Below are positions 1 through 14,852 of a stretch of 64,000 bases of DNA, piece after piece (within the stretch, counting starts at the first letter, position 1; every line of letters starts with the position of its first letter). Both the position numbers and the translations under genes were made by a program. Origin of the DNA: the human T2T-CHM13v2.0 reference genome, Homo sapiens. The stretch lies in the NCBI RefSeq assembly GCF_009914755.1, contig NC_060927.1. One strand, 5' to 3'. Under the pieces are notes generated by a model, which worked only from the letters and a program-made list of their open reading frames with translations, was not told the DNA's origin and did not search any database.

Positions 1-588
1 GAAAATTTGTGATCTAATTTAGAAGCAGTGAGCCATGCTGTCTTTTCTGAGAGGCTTCAGAAAGCTGCACTGGGTCCCCACTTTTCAATGGTTTTGTGAA
101 AGATTTTCTTTCAAGCTGTAAACAATGTTGATTTTTTTTTCTCCACTTTACCATTCCAAGAAAGATTCACTTAGTAAAAGCAGGGAGGAGGAACTACACC
201 TGCTAGCTGTCACTCTGTTGAAATGCCATATTATGCAAGTGACTTACTGTTAATCTCTCAGATTCTCCTCTATCCAAAACCCCACCCTGACCCATTTTGT
301 TTACAGAGAAGAGTGACGTATTTATTTTTTTAAATGTCCTGCAGACTTATATGAAGACAGAACTAACCAGAATTGTAGAGAAACTTATCAACCAGTACTC
401 CAACAAAAACACAAAGTGAAAGGAAAAAAAAGTCAAAGAAATAGATATAGTGATGTCCCTGGTCCCTAAAATGAAGGCAAGATGGCATGACTATGCACCT
501 GACCCAGACTTTTGGGAGGAACTCTGTCCCTGACTCTTACAGATCGAGCTCTGTGCTCAGCAGTGAATTGGCTTAAGCAAATAATTCT

Positions 589-1895
589 TTTTTTCTTCTA
601 AAAAAAATAAATAAAATAAATAAATAAATAAATAAACGGGATGTATGTGCAGAACGTGCAGGTTTGTTACATAGGTATGCATGTGCCATGGTGGTTTGCT
701 GCACCTATTGACCTGTCCTCTAGTTCCCTCCCTTCACCTCTCACCCTCCACCCCCCAACAGGCCCTGGTGTGTGTTGTTCCCCTCTCTGTGTCCATGTGT
801 TCACATTGTTCAGCTCCCACTTATAAGTGAGAACATGGCGGTGTTTGGTTTTCTGTTCCTGTGTTAGTTTGCTGAGAATGATGGCTTCCAGCGTCATCCA
901 TGTCCCTGTAAAGGACATGATCTCATTCCTTGTTATGACAGCATAGCATTCCATGGTGTATATGTACCACATTTTCTTTATCCAGTCTATCATTGATGGG
1001 CACTTGGGTTGGTTCCATGTCTTTGCTATTGTAAATAGTGCTGCAATAACATACGTGTGACTGTGTCTTTTTTTTTTTTTTTTTTTTCTTTTGAGACGGA
1101 GTCTCGCTCTTTCGCCCAGGCCGGACTGCAGTGGTGCGATCTCGGCTCACTGCAAGCTCCGCCTCCCGGGTTCATGCCATTCTTCTGCCTCAGCCTCCTG
1201 AGTAGCTGGGACTACAGGCTCCCACCACTGCGCCCGACTAATTTTTTGTATTTTTAGTAGAGACGGGGTTTCACCGTGTTAGCCAAGATGGTCTCGATCT
1301 CCTGACCTCGTGATCCGCCCACCTTGGCCTCCCAAAGTGCTGGGATTACAGGCGTGAGCCACGGCGCCTGGCCGCATGTGTCTTTATAGTAGAATGATTT
1401 ATAATCTTTTGAGTATATACCCAGTAATGGGATTAGTCAGTCAAATGGTATTTCTGGTTCTAGATCCTTGAGGAATCGCCACACTGTCTTCCACAATGGT
1501 TGAACTAATTTACATTCTCACCAACGGTATAAAAGCGTTCCTATTTCTCCACAGCCTCTCCTTCATCTATTGTTTCCTGACTTTTTAATAATTGCCATTC
1601 TGCCTGGCATGAGATAGTATCTCCTCGTAGTTTTGATTTGCATTTCTCTGATTATCAGTGATGTTGAGCTTTCTTTTATATGTTTGTTGGCTGCATAAAT
1701 GTCTTCTTTTGAGAAGTGTCTGTTCATATCCTTTGCCCACTTTTTGATGGCATTGTTTGTTTGTTTTTTTTTTCCTAGTAAATTTGTTTAAGTTCCTTGT
1801 AAATTCTGGATATCAGACTTTTTGCAGATAAGTAAATTGCAAAAATTTTCTCCCATTCTGTAGGTTGCCTGTTCACTCTGATGATAGTTTCTTTT
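589..1895 (-). mobile_element. L1PA (L1PA8-like) 5'-truncated 3' end, interrupted by AluY
   Basis: Antisense L1 3'UTR and ORF2 C-terminus (ORF 667-993 'WIKKMWYIYTME'); 16-bp TSD ttaagcaaa(t/g)aattct at 573-588 and 1896-1911. Confidence 0.93.
1067..1373 (-). mobile_element. AluY
   Basis: Full dimer with Y diagnostics (tgcaagctccgcc, gatggtctcgatc); TSD ~tgtgtcttt inside the L1. Confidence 0.95.
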
Positions 1896-3974
1896 TTAAG
1901 CAAAGAATTCTAAGTTGACAGTTTTCATCCTCTAAAAGATTTCTTACCAAAGTATCATTAGGTTAAAATCTTCAGTACCACCATTAAACCAAAATCAAAG
2001 AAAGATTTTGTTTTGCTTATAGATAAATTTATGAATTTTAGTTCTTCTCCTCTCAGCTAAAAACAGGTTGTTATTGTTAGTTGATTTGTTACTCATTTTT
2101 CTTTGATTTCTCAGAAAAAGAAAACCTAATGCTGGGCTACAAAAAGTATATATGAGGTAAAAATTCTAGACTTCTTTTTATCTCTGTGGCATAGTTAGGA
2201 TAGAAGTAGAAGACACTGGACATGATTTTGCTTAAAAGAATTTAGCACACTGAACAGTTGGATTAAATCCAATTTAAGAAAGAATCAGCTATAGAGAAAT
2301 GAGTTGCTGAACATCCTAGAAAGAATCTGAGAGGTTTAGCATCCTTTGGCGATGGAAAATTTCCTAATACTCTCCTCCAAGAAAACAGAAAAAGGGAAGG
2401 TTTTAACTTCATAAATGAAATTTAACTCAAGATGACTGCCATTTTATTTTTACCTGGCCTAATAGGCACATACCCAGAGAGACAAAGAAAGTAAATAAGA
2501 AATGTATCCACATTAACTTCAGAGTAATTTAATAGCAAAATGCTAGCCTAGCAGTTCAAACTCAAATGAAGTTGGCATTTCCTTTACTTATTTCTGACAA
2601 TTTTTCAAAATACAGCTTCTCCCAAATTAGATGTAGGAGAACAGAAAGCACTAGACTTCTCAAGCCTTTAGCTTAAAAGCAACAGAGTCATAAGTTCATT
2701 GGTTGCTGCAGACACCAGTGGAATGTCTTTTGTAAATATCTATTGGCTGACAGCTTTTTAACACTGCAACTAAAAGGGATCTGAGATTTTTAAAATAAGA
2801 TGTTACTTTGCAATGCAGAAGGTAAATCTGACAGAAAGCAAATAATATTCTCAGCAAATGCAGTAGTGCAATGGACTAGCAAACGTATTAGCAAGTTAAA
2901 AAAAAAAAAAGTGTTTGAGGGCCCAGGAGCTTCACCTTTAGTAAATGACGCAAGACATAGACATACCCTTTAAAATTATGTTCACCTTAAAACCTCAGGT
3001 TTCGTCCAACACTCAGTCTCAATTCCTTACTGCAAAAAAACAATGTGACTTGAAAGACACAGTAACGGCCCTACACTACAAAGTGACATGTTTTAACCCA
3101 ACAACCTAACTTTAAAGAGGAGGATCATGGTAGGGATATTTTCAAAAGATCTTAAATCAGAGCTCGAAATATATGTATCTTTTCTTTCTAAATCCAGCAT
3201 ACTATAATGTTCTCCTTCCTTTAAAATAACAAAGATTTTGTGCAGAATAGCAGAACAACTTTGCAAGCTTGATTAAAAGGCATATCAATTTCTAGGAATA
3301 GGTTTTATTTTTCAATCACATTTTCCTCTTCAAAAACCTTTATTAGAGTCTCAACTCTGTGTTCTGACCACATAATTTAGCAGAATGCTGCACTTCCCTA
3401 AGCCTATTTTCATCATTCAGTCGATTGTTCATCATGAATATAAATATAATCCATAGGCTTCAACAAAATGTGGTATACTTTTAGGACTACCTTAAAATAA
3501 AAGTTGTATAAATTGTCACTGAAAATTACACAGCCACATTACCTGTATTTCAAATTGTACTGATTACGTCTTTCATATACCCAACCCATTCAACAGAGAT
3601 AATTAGATACCATAGGAAGCTCTAACATTATAAAATCAAAGAACTTAAGTCTCATTGTAAGCTGTGCCAACCAGGTCTGTGTTCCTAATGTTTATAAGGC
3701 ATGGATGCCACCTACTGGCAAGCCTTAAAGATTGCAACATCTGACAAAAAGCCCTGACTTCATCCTTGCAACCATGTCAAAGTGTTCTATAGCCGAAATG
3801 CACCCGTTGTTAGGTGTACAGCTTGCCACTCTGGCTGTTAATATTTTTGTAAGGAGACCACACCAAAATAGTTTTGGCTTTTGTCATTATATCTCACATT
3901 GTAAATTCATCATATATGTATATAAATACATATGTTTGTTCATATATGTTTGGTTCACATTTTTTTTTAGAGAC

Positions 3975-4359
3975 TATCCTCCTCTACTAGAATGTAATCT
4001 CAAGACCAGCAACATTCTACTGAACCTAGAACAGCGCCTGGCACTTTGTGAATATTCATCGTATAGTTGAATAAAAGAATAAATGAGCAGAATAATAATA
4101 CGGTTTTAAGATAATAACGTATATTGGCTAGTAGCCAAAATTTCAAAAACAAAAAGACGTGAATCGAAACTGTGGCTCCCTTTTCTGTCTTCTATGACTT
4201 GGATTTTTGCCATATTTCTTAATTTCTTTAAGCGTTAGATTGCTCATCTACCAAATAGGCATAACATCAAGGTAGTTCAGACAATTGAAAGCACAAATAT
4301 TTATACAGTATTTGGCACAGAGTAAGTGCATAATACTAAATATGATGATAATTATTATT
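3975..4359 (+). mobile_element. L2 3' end followed by MIR (degenerate)
   Basis: 'ctagaacagcgcctggcac...ttgaataaaagaataaatga' L2 tail; MIR core 'ctcatctaccaaataggc...tggcacagagtaagtgc'. Confidence 0.55.
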
Positions 4360-4502
4360 CAATTTCACAATCTTGGGAATATAAAGTAGTACAGCCATTA
4401 TGGAAAATAGTATGAAGTTTTCTCAAAAAACTACAAATAGAACTACTATGTAATTCAACACTCTCACTGATGGGTATATACTTTTTAAAAATCTATATAT
4501 CA

Positions 4503-4806
<304 letters not shown>

Positions 4807-4920
4807 TCAAAAATATATTTGCATTTTCACATTTATTGCAGCACTATTCACGATAACCAAAATACAGAATGACCCTAAGTGTCCATCAACAGATGAATGG
4901 ATAAAGAAAATGTGGTGTAC

Positions 4921-5204
4921 CCACATGTTCTCACTCATAAGTGGGAGTTGAACAATGAGAACACATGGACACAGGGAGGGGAACAGTACGTACTGGGGCT
5001 TGCCATGGGGTGGGAGACAAGGAGAGGGAGAGCATTAGGACAAATACCTAATGCATGTGGAGCTTAAAACCTAGATGACGGGTTGATAGGTGCAGCAAAC
5101 CACCATGGCACATGTATACCTATGTAACAAAGCTGCACATTCTGCACATGCATCCCAGAACTTAAAGTAAAATAAAAAATAAAAATAAACAAATGAAAAA
5201 AGAA
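4921..5204 (+). mobile_element. L1PA short 3' fragment nested in L1MA
   Basis: L1PA 3'UTR plus A-tail; 18-bp TSD aaagaaaatgtggt(g/a)tac at 4903-4920 and 5205-5222. Confidence 0.92.
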
Positions 5205-5886
5205 AAAGAAAATGTGGTATACATACATGGTGGAATACTATTCAATCATAAAAAGGAATGAAATTCTGTCATTTGTAGCAACATGGATAGAACTGGAGCT
5301 CATTACGCTAGGTGAAATAAGCTAAGAACAGAAAGATAAATATCACATGTTCTCACTTCTATGTGGGAGCTAAAAAAAGTGGATCTCATGGAGGTAGACA
5401 GGGTTATTACCAGAGGCTGGGGGAAGGAAAGGGAGTAGGGAATGAAGAGGAGTTGGCTAATGGGTATAAAAATACAGCTAAATAGAAAGAATAAGTGATA
5501 ATATTTGATGGTACAGTAGGGAAATTATAGTTAACAATAATTTATTGTATATTTCAAAATAGCTAGAATTGTAATGTTCTCAACACAAAAAAAGATAAAT
5601 GTTTGAGATGATGAATGTCTCCATTACCCTGATTTGCTCATTACATATTAGATACATGTATCAAAATATCACTTGTATCCCCAAAATACGTACGACTATG
5701 ATATATCGGTTGACAAACACAATAAATAAATAAAGTTTACAAGCTAAACACAAATGAGTTTTCTCAGAAACTTAGAGACATTAAGGAGCTTTATTATCAG
5801 GATGCGTGTCGAGAGCTCTTCCTTCTCCATCATCCTTGTCCTCATCTCCCAGTCTACATCTAATTTACAAAATCCTCCAATTCCAC

Positions 5887-6250
5887 TACTCAGCCATAAA
5901 AAATAATGAAATCCTGTCTTTTGCAGCAATGTGGATGGAACTGCAAGGGAAACAAGTTAAATCTTAAGGAAACAAGTTAAATACTTCATGTTCTTATTTA
6001 TAAGTTGGAGGTAAACTACATGTACACATGGACATACAAAGTGGAATAGACATTGGAGACTCCAAACGGTTGGAGGGTTGAAGGGGAAAGAGGAATGAGA
6101 AATGACATATAATTTCTCTATTATATATAACAGAAATTACACTATTTGGGTGATGGTAACACTGAAAGTTCAGATTTTGCCACTACACAATATATCCATT
6201 TAATAAAATGCACCTGTATCCCTTAAATCTATAAAAATTTTAAAAAACAT
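5887..6250 (+). mobile_element. L1PB-type 3' end
   Basis: L1PB-like 3'UTR; TSD aaatcct.ca.ttccac at 5870-5886 and 6251-6267. Confidence 0.85.
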
Positions 6251-6524
6251 AAATCCTGCAGTTCCACCAAGTACTGGCTCTGAGTTGTTGTCCATAAAGC
6301 TTCAGCATTCAGAGAGTAACAGGTCCTTGGGGTTGTTAGCAGTTGTGGTGTGATATTTGAGTCACTATTCTAAAAATCTCTAACCACACTCTGAAGCACT
6401 TGGATAGTTCAGACCTCTCTGGAGGGTTTTGCAAGGGTTTTAATTTATATTACAGCTGATATTACATTTTGTTGCCTGCCAGGGAACCATTTTGTACTTC
6501 CAGGAAAATATCTACCCACAAGTG

Positions 6525-7150
6525 TTTCTGTTAGAATATTAGGCAAGCAACAGAACACCCATTGAAACTGACTTACACATTAAAGAGTCCTACTGTCTCA
6601 TGTAAAATGAAGTCCTTTGGTAGTTTTGTTGCTAATCTGGCAGCATAAAAATATCAAGAAAAGCCTATGTTCTTTTCTCGTCATGCTCTGCTATCCACAT
6701 TGTTGTTTCATCTTTAGGCTGGCTCTTTCTGTGTCTTTAGAATGTTTGCAGTAGAAATCTGTACTCACAGTGTTCTCATTCACATTCAGTGGGAGGGAGA
6801 CAGAATGGTTCCCAGAAAGATCCTAGAGGAGAAAGGAGGATCTTTCCTATAAAGCCCTGACAAACCATTTCTCTCAACTCATTGGTCAAAATACTAAAAC
6901 ACCTCTTTTCTTGAATGGGCTGACTCTTAAGATTAAACTCATTGGCTTAGAGTCTTAGAAGATCCATCCCTGGAGACAAATGAGGTCAGCTTCCTCTGAG
7001 CCCCATGGGCTGCATGAAGGAGGGGAGGAGACCTGAATGAAATCCACGTATGTTAAAAAGGACATAATAGAGGGAGGACAGCTAAAATCTCCTATGCTAA
7101 TGAGTGCATATAAATATAGTTGTCTGGTCTGAGAAAACAAACATCAGTAC
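6525..7150 (-). mobile_element. Old MaLR LTR (MLT1-type), degenerate
   Basis: 'gcaagcaacagaacaccc...aaactgactta' start and MLT1-like body; heavily diverged. Confidence 0.45.
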
Positions 7151-7238
7151 ATTGAATTGTTCCTGATTTTTCTTTTAAAAGTCCCTAAAATAACTTCTTA
7201 AGGGAATACTTTCTAACAGTCCACATACAAAGAATCCA

Positions 7239-7571
<333 letters not shown>

Positions 7572-7629
7572 TTAGGTCTATATTAACCTAAAACTTTCAC
7601 TAAACATGATACAAATTTAACAACAGGTA

Positions 7630-7780
7630 GGCCAGGCTGCGGTGGCTCACACCCGTAATCCCAGAACTCTGGGAAGCCCAGGCAGGAGGACTGCTTGAGC
7701 CCAGGAGTTTGAAGCTGCAGTGAGCTATGACCACACCTCTGAACTCCAGCCTGGGCAACACAGTAAGAGCCTGTCTCAAA
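7630..7780 (+). mobile_element. Alu monomer (FLAM/FAM-like)
   Basis: Single arm; TSD acaacagg at 7620 and 7901 brackets the arm plus the microsatellite tail. Confidence 0.85.
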
Positions 7781-7803
7781 TATATATGTATATACACACA
7801 TAC

Positions 7804-7834
<31 letters not shown>

Positions 7835-7899
7835 TATATATACACATACATATATGTACACACACACACACATATATATACACGCACATATATTTATAT
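7781..7899. repeat. (TA)n/(CA)n compound microsatellite grown from the Alu tail
   Basis: Directly visible. Confidence 0.95.
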
Positions 7900-8241
7900 G
7901 ACAACAGGAACATACAGTAAAACTCTCTCAATGTCTATCGTTTCTCTGGGTCTCAGTTTCCCCACCTATTAAACACAAGACAAAATCAATGGGTTCAAAG
8001 ACCTTTCCCAACTTTACATTTTTGTCTGTGAATCCATGTGCACCTACATCACCAAGTGAATACACATAACAATTTGCACATGTTTTTATTCATCATTATA
8101 TATAATCTCCTATTATATAGACTTTACTAGGTAAAGAGCTGACGAAGACAAATATAAGGGTGAGGCAAGTTCCTGCCTTCCAGAGCCTTCACTGGGGAGA
8201 AAAGGCAGATATAAGAAAAAGTCGGAAAATAGGGCAGCAGC

Positions 8242-9648
8242 TGTGATAATTGGCAAGCCACATGTAGAGGAATGAAACTGGATCCTCATCTCTCACCTCA
8301 TACAAAAGTCAACTCAAGATGGGTCAAAGACTTAAATCTAAGACCTAAGACTATAGACATCCTAGAAGATAACATTGGAAAAAAATCTTCTGGACATTGG
8401 CTTAGGCAAAGACTTCATGAGCAAGAACCCAAAAGCAAACACAAAAAAACAAAGATAAATAGATGGAACTTAATTAAACTAAAAAGTTTTTGCACAGCAA
8501 AAGAAATAAACAGCAGAGTAAACAGACAACTCATGGAGTGGGAGAAAATATTTGCAAACCATCTATCTGACAAAAAACTAATATCCAAAATCTACAAGGA
8601 ACTCAAACAAATAAACAAGAAAAATAAAACAAATAATCCCATCAAAAAATGGGCTAAGGACATGAATAGACAATTCTTCAAAGAATATATACAAATGGAC
8701 AACAAACTTATGAAAAAATGCACAACATTACTGATTATCAGGGAAATGCAAATCAAAACCACAATATGATACCGTAACCTTACTCCTACAAAAATGGCCA
8801 TAATCAAAAAATAATAGACATTGGCATGGATGTGGTGAAAAGGGAGCACTTGGACACTGCTGGTAGTGATGTAAACTTGTACAACCACTATGGAAAACAG
8901 TATGGAGATTCCTTAAAGAACTAAAAGTAGAACTACAATTTGATCCAGCAACCCCACTGCTGGGTATCTACCCAGAGGAAAAGAAGTCATTGTATGAAAA
9001 AGACACTTGCACACGCATGTTTATAGCAGCACAATTCACAATTGCAAAAATATGGAAGCAGCCTAAATGCCCATCAATCAATGAGTGGATAAAGAAAATG
9101 TGGTATATATATGCCATGGAATACTACCCAACCATAAAAAGGAATGAAACAATGGCATTCACAGCAACCTGGATGGAGTTGGAGACCATTGTGCTAAGTA
9201 ACTCAGAAATGGAAAGCCAAACATTGTATGTCCTCACTTATAAGTGGGAGCTAAGCTATAAGCATGCAAAGGCATAAGAATGATATAATGGACTCTCAGC
9301 TGGTGTGGTGGCTCATGCCTGTAATCCCAGCACTTTGGGAGGCTTAGTGGGGAGGATCACTTGAGGCCAGGAGTTTGAGACCAGCCTGGAAAACATTGTG
9401 AAACCCTGTCTACTAAAAATACAAAAAGTAGCCAGACATGGTGATGAACACCTGTAATCCCAGCTACTTGGGAGGCTGAGGCATGAAAATCTCTTGAACC
9501 TGGGAGGTGAAGGCAGCAGATTGCACCACTGCCCTCCAGCCTGGGTGTGACAGAATGAGACTCTGTCTCAAAACAAAAAACAAACCAACAAAAAGAATAA
9601 TATAATGTTCCCCCCCAAAATTATTGAAATAATAAAATAAAATAAAAG
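8242..9648 (+). mobile_element. L1PB 3' fragment (disrupted ORF2 C-terminus plus 3'UTR)
   Basis: ORFs 8272-8769 ([22 protein letters not shown]) and 8990-9277 (KDTCTRMFIAAQFTIAK) are frameshifted L1 ORF2p; A-tail at ~9630. Confidence 0.93.
9298..9595 (+). mobile_element. Alu (J/S) inside L1PB
   Basis: Dimer; partial TSD aagaat(g/a)atataatg. Confidence 0.92.
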
Positions 9649-9664
9649 ACTTCCCAGAGCTTTA

Positions 9665-10443
<779 letters not shown>

Positions 10444-10581
10444 GTTTAAAAGATGAAACAGAATGAGGAAGGAGTGATTCAGGAATTGATTTAATTTGCT
10501 CATGGGACTGAGAAGACAAGATTGATTGGATGGTGGACAATGTTGATGGTGATGCTTGATGGTGTGATAGCTGCAAGTACC

Positions 10582-11020
10582 TGTTATTACCGAGCAAAAG
10601 GGGCTTGCTGCCTGATGCACTAGAAATGAATACTACGGTACTGGGTTTTTGAGAAAATAAAAGTTTTTATTGTAGGTCAACCAACAAGGAGACAAGAGTG
10701 CAGTTCAAATCTGTCTCTCCTTGCTGGCTCTAAGGCAGTCATTTCATTAGAAAAGTTTCAGGGGATGGGTTCTGAGATTACTAGGTGATGGTGGAAGGAA
10801 AGGAGAGGTCTAGAAAGTCCTCGGGCATGCACAGTTATCTCTTCATGCTACCTCGTGGAACACATGTGCAAATTCAGGGGGAGTTAGTATGAAACATGGT
10901 GGAAATTCGGGCTGTGACGTCAGCAAGCTCATTCTGTACAGACTCGGGCTGGCCATATGGCTTCCAACTGATTTCAGCCAGTTTTTTTAAATCTCACAAG
11001 TAAAGGGAGTTTCAGCAGCG
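10582..11020 (-). mobile_element. ERV1-type LTR (MER4-group-like; subfamily uncertain)
   Basis: TG start, antisense polyA signal (tttatt), 'tcaaatctgtctc' motif common in ERV1 LTRs. Confidence 0.6.
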
Positions 11021-11044
11021 TTCCCTTAACGGCAATTCAACACG

Positions 11045-11280
11045 TGACCTACCAAGTGCCAGCACTTTAGCGGCAATATTTCATATAATCTTCACAGTAA
11101 CTCTAGGAAACAGGTGTTATAATCTACACGTTACCCTCAACTCACTTTGCCCAAGGTAAATAATAATAATTAGTAGTAGTAGTAGTAGTAATGGTACTAC
11201 TAGTAGTAAATCTGTGACTAAAACACAGTTCCCTGCAACTTCAAAAACCACACATACCTTTGTTCACCACACTACTCTGC
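11045..11280 (-). mobile_element. MIR with internal (TAA)/(TAG) microsatellite
   Basis: 'accaagtgccagcac...actttgcccaagg' MIR core. Confidence 0.55.
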
Positions 11281-11510
11281 ATCTTTGAAATGTAGTGGCT
11301 TTTCAAAACATCCCAGTGAGCCTGAAAGTCAGGCTACACATCCGTTTATCCATGAGGGCCTACTTAGCAAAACAAAATGTTTATGGCAAGGCTACACCTT
11401 TTTTCATGCAAACGACAATAGCTTTATCGATCCAACAGAGGGGTTGGGGAAGGAGGTACTTTCACAAAGTAGATTATCTACTTATCAGAATTATGACAGT
11501 GAAAATGATA

Positions 11511-11810
11511 GGCCAGGTGTGGTGGCTCATGCCTGTAATCCCAGCACTTTAGGAGGCTGATGCATGCTGATCACTCGAGCCCAGGACACCGAGACCAGCC
11601 TGGACAACATGGTGAGACCCCCATCTCTACAAAAAATTAGCTGGACAGCGTAGTGTGACTGTGGTCCCAGCTATTCAGGAGGCTAAGGCAGGAGTATCGC
11701 TTGATCCCAGAGGGGTCGAGGCTGCAGGAAGCCATGTTCCTGTGCCACTGCACTCCAGCCTGGGTGACAGAGTAAGACCCTGTTTCAAAAAGAAAAAGAA
11801 AAAGAAAAAG
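11511..11810 (+). mobile_element. AluJ
   Basis: J diagnostics 'gtcgaggctgcag'; TSD gaaaa(t/a)gata. Confidence 0.92.
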
Positions 11811-11949
11811 ATAGCATTACCTGTTAGCCAGGGGTCGAGGCTGCAGGAAGCCATGTTCCTGTGCCACTGCACTCCAGCCTGGGTGACAGAGTAAGACCCT
11901 GTTTCAAAAAGAAAAAGAAAAAGAAAAAGATAGCATTACCTGTTAGCCA
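11712..11949 (+). repeat. Perfect 119-bp tandem duplication (11712-11830 = 11831-11949)
   Basis: Base-by-base identical units covering the AluJ 3' end, its tail and about 20 bp of flank. Confidence 0.97.
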
Positions 11950-13036
11950 CTGAAATGTTAATATCTGGACATATTTGAGAAATAATAACACAGAGTCAGC
12001 TTTTAGAATTTTATTTTGTAATTGGATTGAGGGACTCTGTTGGAAAGTGAGAAAGTCCCTGGGTTACTTGCTATTCTGTGTGTGATCATACTGCTGAAAG
12101 AAAGAGATAGAGAGAGGCAGGGGAAACCTTGCTCATCTACACAGACACCACGCCTCCACTTCCATCACCTGTAAAGCAGCACTTCCATGGGATATTCAAT
12201 TCAACCCAGCATATATTAGGAACTCTTATAACGGTTTCTGGGGCCCAGGCATACACCGGTCAGTGTCACCCCAGAGTATGACTATTATATGAAGTACACA
12301 AACTCCATCCTCTAGTCTGCCTTGTTCAAACCAAAATGAAGGTCCTGCCACTCTGCTGTAGTTCCCCAGCATACTCCCCAGGAAGTCATGTACCATGACT
12401 GCTGAACTTCCTTCACCAGGCACCATTCCCTCCCCTACAATTGTAAAAAAAAAAAAAAAAAAGAAAAAGGAAAAAAAAAAGCCTTTTGATCTGTGACCTG
12501 CATTTAAAAACTGACATCTGGTGGTTAGGGTGGTAATTAGACATCATTTAAAAGTTATTTCTGCCCTGTTAACTGAGTTACTCTGTGATCAGATTATGGG
12601 ATAATTTAGATGAATTCAGGCATATTGATTGTATAATCTATAATGTGTGTAATTAATAACTACCCCCTAAAAGCTCTGTGTGAGAACTTGTAAGGATTCG
12701 CATTAGGCAAAAAGTCAAGGCCTGAATGGCATTTTCTCCTCAATGCCTTTTATTAACTACATATAAAAGGGAAAGCTTTCAAAGGAGATGAAATCAAGAT
12801 TAAATGCCAGAATTTATTGACATTGTTGCACAACTTACATCCCTAATGGCCGTAGACTGGTGTAACTTGGGAATTCTCTTGCCCTAGGTAATTGAGGTGT
12901 CATCTTCTTGGATTGCACATCTTTAAGGGAGGTGACTCTGGCTGCTGGCTTCTCTTTGATAGTTTTACCCATGATTCTCGAGTCACAAATGAGGCTAACC
13001 CAGCCAAGGGGGTTGCAATGATACAGGCTGGCCTGT

Positions 13037-13371
<335 letters not shown>

Positions 13372-13974
13372 TGAGCTGATGCCAGCAGTGTAGTTAGAAT
13401 AAGCTGTTTCTACTTATGCCCAAATAACAACAACAAAGGTTGTTTTACTTTGGTTGTGGTAAAAGTGACAAGGGCCAGATTTCCGTATTCTTGAATCTTA
13501 TCCCACTGTTTACAGCCACACCAGGTCATCTAAAATATGCACGCATATACACACAAACATTATTTATTATTAACTAAAATATCTGCCCCAAACTCCTTTC
13601 TCTTCTTCTACCTTGTAAGCTGCGTGGAGCATCTGTGAGACAAAAGGACATCTTGATCTGTTCTGTAGGCAAACTTAAGACATTCATTCAATGGCTCCTT
13701 TGTCTTGGCTCACCTTGGTGTTACAAGGCCCTCAAAGAACCTGATGGCACCTGAACAGGAGGCATACCAAGAAGTGAAGACAGCAGACCTCGTTTAAAAG
13801 AAAGAGAAAGAGACGGCATTCACTCAAAGAGAAGGGTCTGCCTTCCCCATTGGTATATTCGAGGAAATGTGATCATGTTTCGTATTTACACATGGGCTGG
13901 TTGGGCACCTTCATCAATTTATCATCCTTTTTCTCCACCCATGAATGCACCCCTTGGTGGGATGGTGACTTAAT

Positions 13975-14190
13975 GATAGCAGTTTGTATTTGTTGAGCTC
14001 AGCACTCTGCTACGTGTTCTACATGCACTGTTTTACGGTCAGGTAAGTGCCAACACAATCGTCAACTTACGGATAAGGAGCAGAATAATGGAAAGGTTCA
14101 GTAATCGATCCCAAATCCACAGCTGGGAGGTAGTAGAGCCAGGATGTGAACTGCCAGTCCTGTCTGACCCCCAAGCATGTGTCTGAACTC
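13975..14190 (-). mobile_element. MIR
   Basis: 'tatttgttgagc...cccaaatccacagctgg..gtagagccaggatgtgaac'. Confidence 0.6.
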
Positions 14191-14481
14191 CTCAATTTCC
14201 CCCATCTAGCTATGTGTTTCCCAAAAAATCCCATTCCTCCTTGACATATGTCAGAGTTCTTCCTCCTTAGAGGTAAAATGGGGGAGAGATAAGGCATAAG
14301 GAAAAGAAAGACATTGACAACATGGAAAAAAAAAAAAAAAAAAGACCAGATCTTAAAAAGAAAAACTGGCCACGAGAAATTTTCATTGGTGAGAGAAGCC
14401 CAGAGATCTTTAAAATAAAGATGGCTACTCTTCCATTTTAAATTGTTTCCCATGCAGTGTTCTATTCTGAGATCTCCCTGC

Positions 14482-14852
14482 TGTATTAGTCAGCTAGAGC
14501 TGCCATAACAGATTACCACAGACTGAGTGGCTTAAACAACACAAATCTGGAGTCCAGAAGCCTAAGATCAAGGTGTTGGCAAGGTGGGTTTCTTCTGGGA
14601 CCTCTCTCCTTGGCTTGGAGATGGCTTTTTCCTGGGTCTCCACATGTTCTTTTTCTCTGTGTGTCCATGTCCAAATCTCCCCTTCTTATAAGGACACATG
14701 TCATATTGAATTAGGGCCCATCTCAATTATTTCATTTAACTTTAATTACCTCTTTAAAGACCCTTATCTCTCAATGCGGTCTCATTCTGGGGTACTGAAG
14801 ATTAAAACATAAACACATGAATTTGGGGTTAGGGGAATATGCAATTCAACTT
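14482..14852 (-). mobile_element. MLT1A/B solo LTR (MaLR)
   Basis: 'tgtattagtcagctagagctgccataaca...ggcttaaacaac...ttcttataaggacac'. Confidence 0.88.

Noticed and set aside
8272-9277. L1 ORF2p-like ORFs
   Set aside because: Frameshifted C-terminal remnants of a 5'-truncated L1PB; not functional
12150-12480. Unique sequence ending in an A-run (possible processed pseudogene)
   Set aside because: No AATAAA, no TSD and no recognisable mRNA similarity
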